This document shows, in pieces, positions 1 to 12,614 of a stretch of 64,000 nucleotides of DNA (the stretch's first letter is position 1; each line of letters begins with the position of its first letter). Where the stretch lies: NCBI GenBank assembly GCA_051294375.1, contig CM119263.1, forward strand, positions 3,924,161 through 3,988,160, read 5' to 3'. The notes beneath the pieces are model-generated. The model made no database searches and was not told the origin of the DNA. It was given only the letters and a program-made list of their open reading frames with translations. Both the position numbers and the translations under genes were made by a program. This DNA comes from Paraspadella gotoi. Lineage: Eukaryota; Animalia; Chaetognatha.

Positions 1-826
1 GGGTGAAGGAGGTGAAAAGTGTGAAGTGAGTTGTGATCATCACAGACGAGTTAAAAGTTAAGAAGAGTAAAAGTAAAAGTAAAGTAAAGAAAAGAAAAGG
101 TCCTTACCCTCCATCTGTCTCTCTTCCTTACCTTCCCGTTTCCCCGGCGCCGCAAAGGGCGACATCCCGAAACTCATGGCGCTCGCCAGGGGGCTTCGTT
201 TCTCATCGTCCTCGTCGATGGCGCCACCGTCGCCGCGTTTCAAATTGATGGCGCGCGCCAGTGGAGATCGACGGACATCGTCTGGAGAAGGAAGGGAGGG
301 AGGGGAGGAGGAGTAGGAGGAGAGGGAGGAAGAGGAGGAGGAAGAGGAGGAGGGAGGAGGAGATCAAAATTATTATGTCAATCAAATCGTAAAAAAAAGC
401 AATTAAATTAAATTTGTTTTTAAAACTCGAAGAATTTTAACTAAAAAAACGAATTTACATTTATTTTTTTAAAAAAGTCATGAATCTCAATCGAATAATA
501 GTTAATATTCGATCTATAATCTATAAAATATAATTTTAAAAATAATTTCGTCGTTCTCGGTAAATAATTCATGGTTTCATCTTTCATTCATTCGTTCATC
601 ATTTTCTCATTCATCACTGTCACGTATCCTCGTCACCTTTTTCATCCTCCTCCTCCTCTTCTTCTTCCTCCTCCTCCTCTTCCTCCTCCTCCTCATCTTC
701 TTCCGGTGAACTGATTAATGCGAAAACTCATTCCCTTAAAAGGAACTGGTAAAAATTGGATACTAATGCAATCTCGTAAAAAAGGTTTTTCCCTTTTCAA
801 AAAGATGCAGTTCTCAATTTAAAGGG

Positions 827-829
<3 letters not shown>

Positions 830-911
<82 letters not shown>

Positions 912-930
912 GCTTCTCTCCTCTCTCTTC
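830..930. repeat. (TC)n microsatellite
   Basis: Near-perfect dinucleotide run; one of dozens of AG/TC tracts in the window. Confidence 0.95.
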
Positions 931-1678
931 TCTTTCTTGATTACCGCCTTAAACAAGTTCCCATTGTCATCGCTCCTTCAAAAGTCTTTCTGTCCTATTT
1001 TCGTTTTCTTATTTGATTTTTTTTATTATTAAAATTTATTTTCAAGTTCTTTCTTTCCTTTTACAATTTTATTCTATACAAACAAACTATTCTATACATT
1101 CAATTTCCTCTTTTCCTCTTCAATTTTATTTTGCATAATTCATATTTCTCTTCTTATCTTTCACTAATTTTCCCCTCCATTTCCAGGCATCAAAATTTTT
1201 ATCTCGTTTTTAAATCCACTTTATTTTTTCCTTTTATTTTTTTTCTTCCACATTTTTTTTCCTAATTTAACTTTCACCCTTTTTTCATTTTCTCTCGTGT
1301 CACTTATTTTATTTACCCTCTTCTTCTCGTTGCAAATATTTATGCCTTGACTCCTCTCCGCCTTTCTCTCACATCAATACCCATTTTTCTCTATTTTCCT
1401 TCACCCTTCTCTTCTCTCTTCTCTCTTCCCATTGTTTTCCCTTTGTCCTTCCCTTTGACTCCTCTCTTCTCTTTCCTCTCTCCTCTCTTCCCATTGTTTT
1501 CCCTTTATCCCCCTCTCTCTTCTTTCCTCCCTTTTCCCTTTATCCTTTTATTCGTATTTCCATTCCGCCCCCCTCTGTTCGACTCCCCATCTCTCCCCCA
1601 TCCCCTCACACCTCTACTTAACTCTCCCCTCTCTTCTCCCCCTCTGTTCCCTTTCCCCTTTTCCCTTTCACTCTATTC

Positions 1679-1981
1679 GGCTCTCTTCTCCGAGAGTGCA
1701 CCATTTCTGAATTTATTTGTAACCTTAATATCTAACCTAAACATATTCTTTACAACCCAAAACTTACCCTAATCCATGACCCTAATCTTAACCCTTATCA
1801 TCAATTTTATACCCTAGTTCCTAACCTAAATTCCTAACCCCAATCACTAACACAATCACAATCACAATCACATAACCTTAATAATAAACCTACTCCTTAA
1901 CTTAAACCCTAACATAAAACCAACCTATTCTTGAATTAAAAAAATTAACCTAATTATAGGTAGTTCTGAGAAAATAAGGCC
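1679..1981 (-). mobile_element. ~300-bp MITE-like element with imperfect terminal inverted repeats enclosing degenerate TTAGG(G)-like repeats
   Basis: Ends GGCTCTCTTCTCCGAGAGTGCACC (1679-1702) and GGTAGTTCTGAGAAAATAAGGCC (1959-1981) are imperfect inverted repeats; interior is CCTAA/CCCTAA-rich; the same architecture occurs at 52722-53006. Confidence 0.55.
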
Positions 1982-2213
1982 ACCTATTCCACCCCTCTAT
2001 CCAACCCCTCTTTCTCCTTCCATTACACCCATGACCCTTCTTCTCCTTTTTCACCTCTCTGTCCCCCAACCTCTCTTTTTCTCTTCCCTATTTTTTTTTA
2101 AGTAAAAAAACCTAATTTTACACTTGAAAGAGAGGAAAGGCTGCGAGACGAATCGAGGAAATTGGAGCGGAAAAATGATTTTGTGCCGGAAGTGGCGATG
2201 GGAGTGGGCGTGG

Positions 2214-2215
<2 letters not shown>

Positions 2216-2274
<59 letters not shown>
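2216..2274. repeat. (CT)n microsatellite
   Basis: Perfect dinucleotide run. Confidence 0.97.
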
Positions 2275-2277
<3 letters not shown>

Positions 2278-2549
2278 CTCCTTTTCAATTTCAATTCTAT
2301 CCAAATCTCGAGACGTCAACGCTAACGGAACAACTACGGGATGATACGCAACGCCGCCGTGCGGACTGCAGGGCGCCATGACGTCGATCTGCGGCGCCAC
2401 GACGTCTTTCTGCGGCGTCAGGACGGCATTTATGGCGCCTGTCTCTCGACGTCACCGGCGTCATGGTCTCGTCAGGTGCGCGCCGGTCCGTGTCCAATAA
2501 ATACGCGTATCAATCGAGTGGAGATTCTGTAAGAAGAAGAAAACGACGA

Positions 2550-2580
<31 letters not shown>

Positions 2581-2769
2581 CACGATGACGACGACGATAA
2601 CAAGATTTAACTCATCTGAATGAACCATCGAAATTTCATTGTTTTTTCTTACATTAACAAAAATTAAAAAAAGTGCGGCCTTTTATGTTTTGTGTACAAC
2701 CTAAAAAAATCCAAAAATGTTCTTTTTTTTTGTAATCTACAGAACATCATAATGTACCAATCATCACCC

Positions 2770-2880
2770 ACCGCTCACCACTTAGCCCTCACCTCTCACC
2801 GCTCACCGCTCAACGCTCACCGCTCACCGCTCACCGCTCACCGCTCACCGCTCACCGTTCACACCCAAATCCTCCGCTCA
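2770..2880. repeat. (CTCACCG)n heptamer tandem repeat
   Basis: Repeated CTCACCG units, perfect across ~2816-2857; mirrored as CGGTGAG near 7877-7950. Confidence 0.9.
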
Positions 2881-2997
2881 CATCCCTGTTGATAATTTTT
2901 AAAAGTGGAGAGAATCCGACTCTCGAGGGAAAAAACTTGCGAAGGATATAAATCACATTTCAATTTGATTTTTCCCGGAATTTCTTCTTCTCCCTGT

Positions 2998-3028
<31 letters not shown>

Positions 3029-3895
3029 ATTGTTGTTGTTGTTGCTTAGCAGAACAACTTGTGGTTCATTTCAAATAAGATTGAGTTCTTCAATCTTATT
3101 TACATATTGTAGCTGTTTAGAACATTTCTCATATCTTTTGATATAGTTTTCATAATAGTCTTATTTTACGATTTTGGCAATAGTTTTATTAAAATTATTA
3201 AAAATATAAGATGCCCCCCGTTAAATTTCCGTATTTTCTTCCAGAGTTATTCCTTTTATTTTATTTTTCTTTTTTTTTATTAATTTCGTTGATTCATTTT
3301 CCGAGATTACTTTATCTAATTACTTCAATTAAGAATTATTCTTAAAATATTCTGGGTAACTCTTTATTCTTGGCTCCAGTTTGCCTTTCGAAAGGATATT
3401 AAACTATAATAAACTATTTTTTGTTTAGTTTTTAATTATTAACATTTCAAAAATAATTAAATTATCTGATCTCAAGGAAGATGATGTATGAATAAATGTG
3501 AGGGAGTGCACTTACCAAGAAAGCTCACTTTCTTTAGTCTTTAACTTACCCTTTTCTTTACCCTCAGTCTCTCACCCACTTTCCCGCCAACTCATAGTCT
3601 TTCCTCTCACGTTTTCCCTCGAGGATTCGTCAACTTCGCTCAATCAGCGATTGTCGTCGTTGTCGTCCTCGCCTTCGTCGTCGTCGTCGTTGTCGTCCTC
3701 GCCTTCGTCGTCGTTCGTCGTCGTCGTCGTCGTCATCCTCAACGTCTTCATCAACGTCTTCATCAACGTCTTTGACGTAATTTGTTTGGTGGTCGTCCTC
3801 GTTTAATTCGTCGTCGTCGTCGTCGTCATAGTCTCATCGTGATCGTCGTCGTCGTCGTCGTCACCAGATTTTTAATCCCAACCACTTTCCTTGTC

Positions 3896-3897
<2 letters not shown>

Positions 3898-3940
<43 letters not shown>
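3898..3940. repeat. (CCG)n trinucleotide repeat adjoining a (GTC)n-rich tract
   Basis: Perfect CCG run preceded by GTC-rich 3650-3860. Confidence 0.95.
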
Positions 3941-3941
<1 letters not shown>

Positions 3942-6900
3942 TGGTCTCGCCGAAGCGTCGGTCGACGTCGTTTCCTTCGTCAAATTGGTGTCGCTACTAA
4001 TATTTTTCTCAGCTGCTTTCGTTTCTCTTTAATCTCGGATTTTACTAACATTAATTGATTATAAATCATTCCGTGACTCATGTATGAAAATTAATTACAG
4101 TAAATCTAGCGATTAAAATTATATTTCGTTTGTGTATACTTGGTAGAGCGTATAATAAACATGTATACTTCACATATTAAATCTGTGCATCTGCGTACAT
4201 ATGTCATGAAAAGTATAATCTGTACTGACAAAGAACCTCAACGACAAAATAGACAAAAACAACAAAAGACAAGAATAACAAAAAGACAACAACAACAAAA
4301 AGACGACAACAACTAGAAAGACAGCGAAACCGATTCCATTTTAATTTCGGCAAATTCAACAAAAGATGAAAAGTCGAGACGAAAGTCAAAACATTTCTTC
4401 TCTTTTTTTAATTTGTTTTTGTTTATTTTGAGAAAATTTAAAAAAATTTCTGAGTTTTGTTTACGTAGTAGACGGCGACGAGGACGACGGCAGCGGCGGC
4501 AGCGGCGGCGGAAGCGGCAGCGGCGGCGGCGGCGCAAAAAGAAAACTTTGTCTCTCGTCGGCCGCATGTCGGCCGCTTGTCGGCCACACGTACAGATTCT
4601 CAATCGAATCACGTGCAATCTTTTGATTGCTTCTCGAGAGAGACCAGAGAGAGAGAGAGAGAGAGAGCACGAGACCGAGAGCCCGGAGCACGAGAGCAGA
4701 CTGCATGGCCGTTGATAGGCTTTGCAGGCAACGCAGAACGCGCTCTCTAACAAAACCAACACGCCCAATCGCAGCCACCGCCTCTCGTGAAGCCTAGCAC
4801 CGCACGACGCAGCCACCGCTACCGTCGGCCGCCACACGTTGACCCCTCAATCAACAAGCAACTAAATCGCGTAACATAACACGAGCGACACCCCACTCTC
4901 CGGCGAGACCGCCCCGAGATCCCACACTCCCCAGCCCCGATTGGTCCGCGCTCGAGAAAATCGCAGAGCAGACGCACGCAGAAGCAGCACCGAAGAGCAG
5001 AGCCCAGCAGCACGAGACACGAGAGAGCGACGCCCGACGACGAGCAGCACGACGCCACGACGACGCCCAGCAGACGAGACGCACGCCAGAGAGAGAACCA
5101 GTGTTCTGGAGAGCAGTGCCCCTCACACCCTTCCGCAGCGCTACACGCAGAAGCCACACCACACAACCCAAGAGTTCGACACCACCGCTCGCCCACTCTC
5201 CGATCTGCACGAATACCATGTACCCCCTCGTCGGCCGACACACAGCCCCCGGCAACGCAACCACTCGCCGGCCCACGCCACACCGCAGACAGCAGACACC
5301 CAAGTCCCTCTCCCTCACTCTCTCTCGCACACGCCCCCCAACACGCCGCCGCCACCGACGAACGCTGGCGCTTCCCCCGCACGCCGCTGCCCCCGCCGCC
5401 TGCCCGTCTCACGTCCTCGGCCCGCGTCGCCCGCTCTCCCACCCCTTACGTAACCCCACACCCCCACTCCCTCCGCCCCAGTTCAGACAAATTTTTTTAA
5501 ATTTTCTCGTCCAACCACACTCACACCCCCCCCCCCACAAAAAAATTAAAAAACGACAGAAGCAAAATGTTTCCGTCCCGACTCTTTTTCGTCCTTGACT
5601 TTTCAAACCTCTTTTGTTGAACTTTGCCGAAATCTCACATGAATCCCGGTTCTCCGCATGCCCATCTTCTCCTAGTCTCGTCCCCTGCCTCCCCCCGCCC
5701 CCCCACGTCGCCCTCTCTTCGTTGTTGTGTCCTCTTTTGTTATTCTTGTCTCTTTGTTGTTTTTGTCTATTTTGTCCGTGAGCCGCCCCCGTCCCCCTCT
5801 TTCGTCCGTCAAACGACTCCACTCCACCTTCTTCATGACATCCACTGTACCCCGAGCAGATGCACCCAGACCCTTTATATGCTGAAGTATACATGTTATC
5901 TATACCACTCCACACACACACACCAACCACCCAACCGCCACCCGCCCGCTTACAGTATATACAACCCCGAAACTATAATCTTCTACATCGCCCCCCTCCC
6001 ACCTTCTACCCATCCGCTCACACTGTAATATCTTCAATACAAGATGAGTCACGGAATGACTTGTATGAATCAACTTAATGTTAAGTAAACATCCGAGAAT
6101 TAAAAGAGAAAGACGTCAAAGCAGCGTGAGGAAAAATACTTAAGTAGCGGCCACAACAAGAGAAGGCAAACCGCCCCAGATCCCTCTGGACCCGGAAGGA
6201 AACGAGCGGAGTGACCGAGAACGCGTCGGCCGAGACCAGTGACGGCGGCGGTCGGCGGCGGCGGCGGCGGCGGGCGCGCGCCCGCGCGGCGTGGACAAGG
6301 AAAGCCTCGCCGTTGGGATCCTAAACAATCCACTGCGTGGACGCGACACCCCTCGACGACCCGACCGACCCCCGCATCAGACGCACTCTGCACCGCTAGA
6401 GACCCTCACTCGCACCCCGCCCCACCGACACCCGACGCACCGCACGCAATTAACACGAGGACGACCACACCCCCCCACACACAACTCTCGCCCCGTCAAC
6501 AGACGCATCTGATCGAACCGCACCGTTGCATCCGAACGACTCAGTCTGAGATGCACCCCGACGCCCCCAACCGACCCACGACGAACACAGATCCCCGACG
6601 ACGCAAGGCGCAGACCACGCACGCCCAGCACCCCGACGGCACAGAGCACGACGAGACGCGCACGCACGCGCCACCGCACACACCGAGCGACGACGCACGA
6701 AGGCGAGGACGACAACGCGCCGACCACATCCCGCCCGCCTCGATTGCAGCCCGACCCACGCTTCCGACCCGATCTCCACGGCGCAAACACCAGTCGAGGA
6801 CGCGGCAACCGACCCTACTGAGTTGGTCGCGGAAAGCCCTGGTGAACGCCCAGACTCGAGGGTAAAGAAAAGGCGTAACGTTAACGACAGGAGACTAAAA

Positions 6901-9140
6901 GACACACGTGAGGCACTTCACTCTGGGCTAACGCCCCCCTCGCACCTCCCTCACATTTATTCATACACCCCCCCCCCCTCATCTCTCTCTGAGGACTCCA
7001 CGCCCCCAACCATCAATTCTCCACCACCCTCTCTTCTCCTTACCGCACACCATCCGCCCCCTCCTCACATCCCACCACCTTACCCACCCAGACTCAACAC
7101 CACAACCAAATACCGCTCTTGACTTACTACCCGTCTCCCTACCCACTACTACCTCTCCTCGAAGGCCAAACTGGACCAAGAAATACCAAGAGTTACCCAG
7201 AATATTTTCTAGAATACCAACTCTCTACATCTCGACACCGATAATTACCCCCGACCACTACACACACCCGTACATCCCCTTCGCCGCAAATGCCAATGCC
7301 CACCACCGCCACACCGCAAATTAATAAAAAAAAGAAATAAAATAAAAGGAATAACTCTGGAAGAGCAAATACGGAAATTTAACGGGGGGACAAAGCCACT
7401 CCTTACTCACCCCTTCCTCTTCCAATCAATTTTAATAAAACTATTGCAAAAATCGTAAATAAGAATAATTATAAATATAATCAAAAGTATGCGCACCCTC
7501 GCAGCACATCGCTCTCTCACACACACACTCTACAATATGTACAATAAGATTGCAAGAACTCAACTCACTCACTTTCCTCCCGACAACTCGCCACACACAC
7601 AAGTTGTTCTGCTCACACGCCCCCCACACCACACCACACCGCCCCCCAACAACACTACAAACCAAACAAACACCCTCACGCAACAAAAAAACAACAAGGG
7701 AGAAGGCACAGCAACACTTCCCGCCCGGCAACACACCCCCATCAAATCTGAAACTTATTTCATTCCTCTCGGCAAGTCTCTCTTCCTCGAGAGTCGGCAC
7801 TTCTCCTCACCTCTTTAAACACACTTATCCAACCCCTAGGCGATCGTAGACGCCGGCGGAATCTTGGGTGTCGACCACCGTGAGCGGTGAGCCGGTGAGC
7901 GTGCGCGCGCTGAGCGCGTGACGGCTCACGCGCGGCTGAACGGTGAGAAGGTGAGGGGCTAAGTGGCTCCGCCACGGCGGTGGGCTTGATGATTGGGTCA
8001 CACCCTTATGCGATGTTTTCCCCTGTACCGATTCACAAAAAAAAGAGAACATTTTTTGGATTTCTTTTAAGAGCTCTGCGTACCCCCACACAAACATCAA
8101 AAGCGCCGCACTCTTTTTAATTTTTGTTACACTCGCTACAGAAAAAACATGAAATTTCTGGTTATCCCCTCAGCACTCGACTTACCAACCCTCTTCGTCT
8201 CCATCCACGTCGTCCGATCATGCGTGGTCGTCGTCCGCCCTCACTCCGTCCGCTCCGTCCGCTCCGTCGCTCTTTCTTCTTCTTCTACCACCGACCACTC
8301 CTCCCATCCCGATTGATCCACGCCCCGCTAATTCTACTTGGACCACCCGCGACCCCCCCACCCCAGCGCACGACGACACCCCCCCCCTGACGACGCCGGA
8401 CCCATGACGCGCGCCCCTCCCCCCCCGCCCCTGCCCCCCCACCACCCGCCTCCGAGGGGAAGACACACCGCCCCCGCCCCGCCATCAACAATGCCCCTCG
8501 TCCTGACGCGCGCGACAAGAGACGTCGTGTGGCGCCGGCCAGGATTGGCACCCCGCTCCCATGCGCCGCCCCTGCCACGTCTCGACGCGCCGGTACTGCC
8601 GTACTCCCCATCCCGTAGTTGTTCCGTTGCGTTCCTGCACACCCCACGCTCCTCGAGATCTCTCGGATAGACCACCTGCAAATCTCGAACAGCCGAGCAC
8701 TCGAGAGACGAGACCGCCACGCACGCACGACGCCACCCGACGCACGAGCCACGACGCCAGAGAGCCAAGAAGACCCGCCCGGCCCCACCCACCCCCGCAC
8801 TCGACGACGGCACCCCGCCCACCGACCGACGGCAGAGCGAGACGGACGAGCAGAGCCACGCCCGAGCACGAGCACCCCGCCACCCCGCCAGCCCCTCCGC
8901 CCACAGCCCCCCCACGCCCCACTTCCACTGCCACTCTCGGAAGCAAAATCATTTTTCCGCTCCAATTTCCTCGATTCGTCTCGCAGCCTTTCCTCTCTTT
9001 CAAGTGTAAAATTAGGTTTTTTACTTAAAAAAAATAGGGAAGAGAAAAGAGAGTTGGGGGACAGAGAGGTGAAAAAGGAGAAGAAGGGTCATGGGTTAAT
9101 GGAAGGAGAAAGAGGGGTTGGATAGAGGGGTGGAATAGGT

Positions 9141-9447
9141 GGCCTTATTTTCTCAGAACTTACCTATAATTAGGTTAATTTTTTTAATTAAGAATAGGTG
9201 GTTTTATGTTAGGGTTTAAGTTAAGGAGTAGGTTTATTATTAAGGTTATGTGATTGTGACTTGTTGATTGTGTTAGTGATTTGGGTTTAGGATTTAGTTA
9301 GGAACTAGGGTATTAAAATTGATGATAAGGGCTTAAGATTAGGGTCAATGGATTAGGGTAAGTTTTGGGTTGTAAGAATATGTTTAGGTTAGATATTCAA
9401 GGTTACAAATAATTCAGAAATTGGTGCACTCTCGCGAGAAGAGAGCC
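9141..9447 (+). mobile_element. Mirror (fold-back) copy of the TTAGG-containing MITE-like element
   Basis: Reverse complement of 1679-1981 with scattered indels. Confidence 0.5.
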
Positions 9448-10248
9448 GAATAGCAGTGAAAGGGAAAAGGGAAAGGGAACAGAGGGGGAGAAGTAGAGGG
9501 GAGAGTAGAGGTGTGAGGGGAGGTGGAGAAGATGGGGAGTCGAACAGAAGGGGGGGCGGAATGGAAATAACGAATAAAAGGATAAAGGGAAAAAGGGAGG
9601 AATAGAAAGAGAGAGGGGGATAAAGGGAAACAATGGGAAGAAGAGGAGAAGAGGAAAGAGAAGAGAGGAGTCACAGGGACAGGAACAAAGGGAAAAACAA
9701 TGGGAAGAGAGACAGAGAGAAGAGAAGCGGTGAAGGAAAATAGAGAAGAATGGGTCTGTGATGTGAGAGAAAGGCGGAGAGGGATCAAGGCATGAAATAT
9801 TTGCAACGAGAAAAGAGGGTAAATAAAATAAGTGACAGCGAGAGAAATGAAAAAGGGTGAAAGTAAATTAGGAAAAAATGTGGAAGAAAAAAAATAAAAA
9901 GAAAAAATAAAAGTGATTTAAAAAACGAGATAATAAAACTTTTGATGCCTGGAAATCGGAGGGGAAGAATTAGTCGAAAGAATAAGAAGAGAAATATGAA
10001 TTATGAAAAATAAACATTGAGAGGAAAAGAGGAAATTGGAATGTATAGAATAGTTTGGTTTGTATAGAAATAAAAATTGTAAAAAGCGAAAGAAAGAACT
10101 GAAAATAATTTTAATAATAAAAAAAATCAAATAAGAAGGCGAAATAGAAGGAAAGACTTTTTTTGAAGGAGCGAGACCAATTGGACTTTGTTTACAGGCG
10201 GTAATAAGAGAGAGACAAAGAGAGGAGAGAGAGAGAGAGAGAGAGAGA

Positions 10249-10289
<41 letters not shown>

Positions 10290-11776
10290 AGAAGAGAGAG
10301 AGGAGAGAGAAGAGAGAGAGGAGGAATTACCTTAAATTGAGAAACTGCATCTTTTTGAAAAGGGAAAACCTTTTTTAGCGGAGCATTGGCATTAGTAATC
10401 CATTTTTACCAGTTTCCTTTTAAGGGGAATGAGTTTTTCGCATTAATCAATTCAGCGGAAGAAGATGAGGAGGAGGAGGAAGAGGAGGAGGAGGAAGAAG
10501 AAGAGGAGGAGAGGATGAAAAAGGTGACGAGATACGTGACAGTGATGAGATGAAGAAAAATGATGAACGACTGAATGAAAGATGAAACCATGAATTATTT
10601 CCCGAGAACGACGAAATTATTTTTAAAAACTTAATATTTATATAGATTATAGATTCGAATTATTAACTATTATTCGGATTGAGATTCATGACTTTTTTAA
10701 AAAAAATAAAATGATAAATTCGTTTTTTAGTTAAAATTCTTCGAGTTTTTAAAAAACAAATTTAATTTAACTTGGCTTTTTTTTACGCATTTGATTGAAT
10801 AATAATTTCTGATCTCTCTCCTCCCTCTCTCTCCTCCTCTCCCTCCTGTCTCTTCGCTCGATCTTCCTCATACTCCTGCCGCTGCACCCTGCCGCCTGGG
10901 CTACATCCTGTCTGCTCGTCGCAGACTCGATCGTCCGTCGATCCGTGCTCCAGACCCATCCAGCCTGGCGAGCGCGCGCCATCAATTTGAGACGCGGCGA
11001 CGGTGGCCGCCATCGTACGAGGACGATGAGAAACGAATGAAGCCCCCTGGCGAGCGGCCATGAGTTTCGGGATGATCGCCCTTTGGCCCGGCGCCGGGGC
11101 AAACGAGGAAAGTAAGGAAGAGAGACAGATGAGGGTAGGACCTTTTCTTTTACTTTACTTTACTTTTACTAATTGATCTTCTTAAACGTTTTACACACCT
11201 CTCACGCTCACCTGTCGATGATCACAGACTCACTTTCACAGATCCAATCTTATTCACACCTCCTCCACCTTCAACGGCGTCCAGCGACCCCTAGTCTCTC
11301 GTACCTCGCGCCCACCCTGTCCGTGCCCCTCTCCCAGAATATTCCTACGGACGCGGACGGCCCCTTCGCCGCACCGGGCAAGACGCGACCCGCCCGCTCG
11401 CCCTCGCGCCGCTTCCGCGAGCCGATGCCGGGCAAGCGTGACCCCGCTACCGTCCCGGCCCCCACTGCGACTCTGCTCGCCTTTTCGCGGTGCTCCAGGA
11501 AAACGGCCGGCGGTTACCAGCCTTCGGCCAGCGCCGCCTGGGGGAGGCGGTCCAGCGGCGCCCGTTTCGCGGCCGCCGGGGAAGAGACGGCACATTTAAC
11601 GGAGGACGACGCGCGCAGGTGGCTGAGAAGAAGATGGATTGAGGGGAAGGTGAGGGAGAGAGCGGAGGAAGGGAGGGAGAAAGGGCAGGCAAGGGAGAGA
11701 AAGGAGAAGGGAGAAGGGAGGGAGTCTGAGAGGTAGAAAGAAAAAAAAGGAAGGAAGAAAGGAAGGAGAGAGAGAG

Positions 11777-11814
<38 letters not shown>

Positions 11815-11855
11815 CGAGAGAGAGAGAGAGAGGAGAGAGAGAAAGTGAGAGAGAG

Positions 11856-11880
11856 NNNNNNNNNNNNNNNNNNNNNNNNN
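11856..11880. other. 25-N gap (first of eight: 11856, 22482, 37501, 43439, 45206, 48842, 57788, 62727)
   Basis: Each run counted as exactly 25 N. Other gaps have variable size (13298-13503, 13924-14165, 17255-17506, 38288-38553, 58703-58985, 59603-59890). Confidence 0.95.
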
Positions 11881-12275
11881 TGACCCGCGAAGATGAGCAC
11901 GTAGTCGGCTCTCCAAACCACTACTCCTCTCTCTCTCGTCTCTCTCTCTCTCTCTCTCTCCTCCTCTCTCTCTCTCTCATCCTCTCTCGCTCTCTCTCTC
12001 TCCTAGCTTCCCTCCTAGATTGCTCTCTCATTCTCACAGCACCAATCGTGATTGATCTCGCTCATCCGCCATTCCTCCTCGTGTTATTACGCATTTAATT
12101 CTTTGTGTATTGAGGTCTACTGTGGCCGACTAGCGTGCTGCAGTGCTCACCAAGCGGTGCTGCATTGGCTGTTAAAGCCGTTCTGCGTTGGTCCCGGCAC
12201 AAAGCCTAGTCACGGCCAGCAACTCTCTCTCTTCTCTCTCTCTCTCTTTCCTCTTTCTCTCTCTGATCTCTCTCT

Positions 12276-12365
<90 letters not shown>

Positions 12366-12578
12366 TTTAAAATCAATTTTTTAAGTTTCGAGTCTGACCC
12401 CAATTGCTCCGAATATTGACCCTGAAAGAAAAGAAGTGAAAGTAAACAGAGAGAGAGAGAGAGAGAGAGAAGAGAAGAGAGAGACGACGAGAGAGACGAG
12501 AGAGAGAGAGGAGAGAGGAGAGAGAGAGACGAGAGAGAAGAGAGAGAGACAGAGAGAGAGAACATCTCTCTCTTTTTT

Positions 12579-12614
<36 letters not shown>

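Larger units (their letters stand above)
1..11272. repeat. Giant inverted repeat (fold-back), apex roughly 4700-5140; probable long-read palindrome artefact
   Basis: Reverse-complement matches along the whole length: 1-50 vs 11207-11270; 1679-1981 vs 9141-9447; 2098-2180 vs 8944-9030; 3990-4090 vs 6040-6130; 4390-4480 vs 5425-5570; 4540-4635 vs 5140-5310. The right arm is longer and full of spurious C/A insertions. Confidence 0.93.

Noticed and set aside
1720-1950. True telomere or chromosome-end fusion at the TTAGG-like tracts
   Set aside because: Repeats are highly degenerate, short, bounded by shared inverted ends and not located at the fold-back apex.
2290-2533. CpG-rich candidate exon
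   Set aside because: All three plus-strand frames contain stops, there is no clear splice acceptor and no recognisable protein motif.
4313-9125. Many 100-226 aa Pro/Arg/Gly-rich ORFs on both strands
   Set aside because: They lie in the C-insertion-corrupted arm of the fold-back; the clean mirror sequence does not keep these frames.
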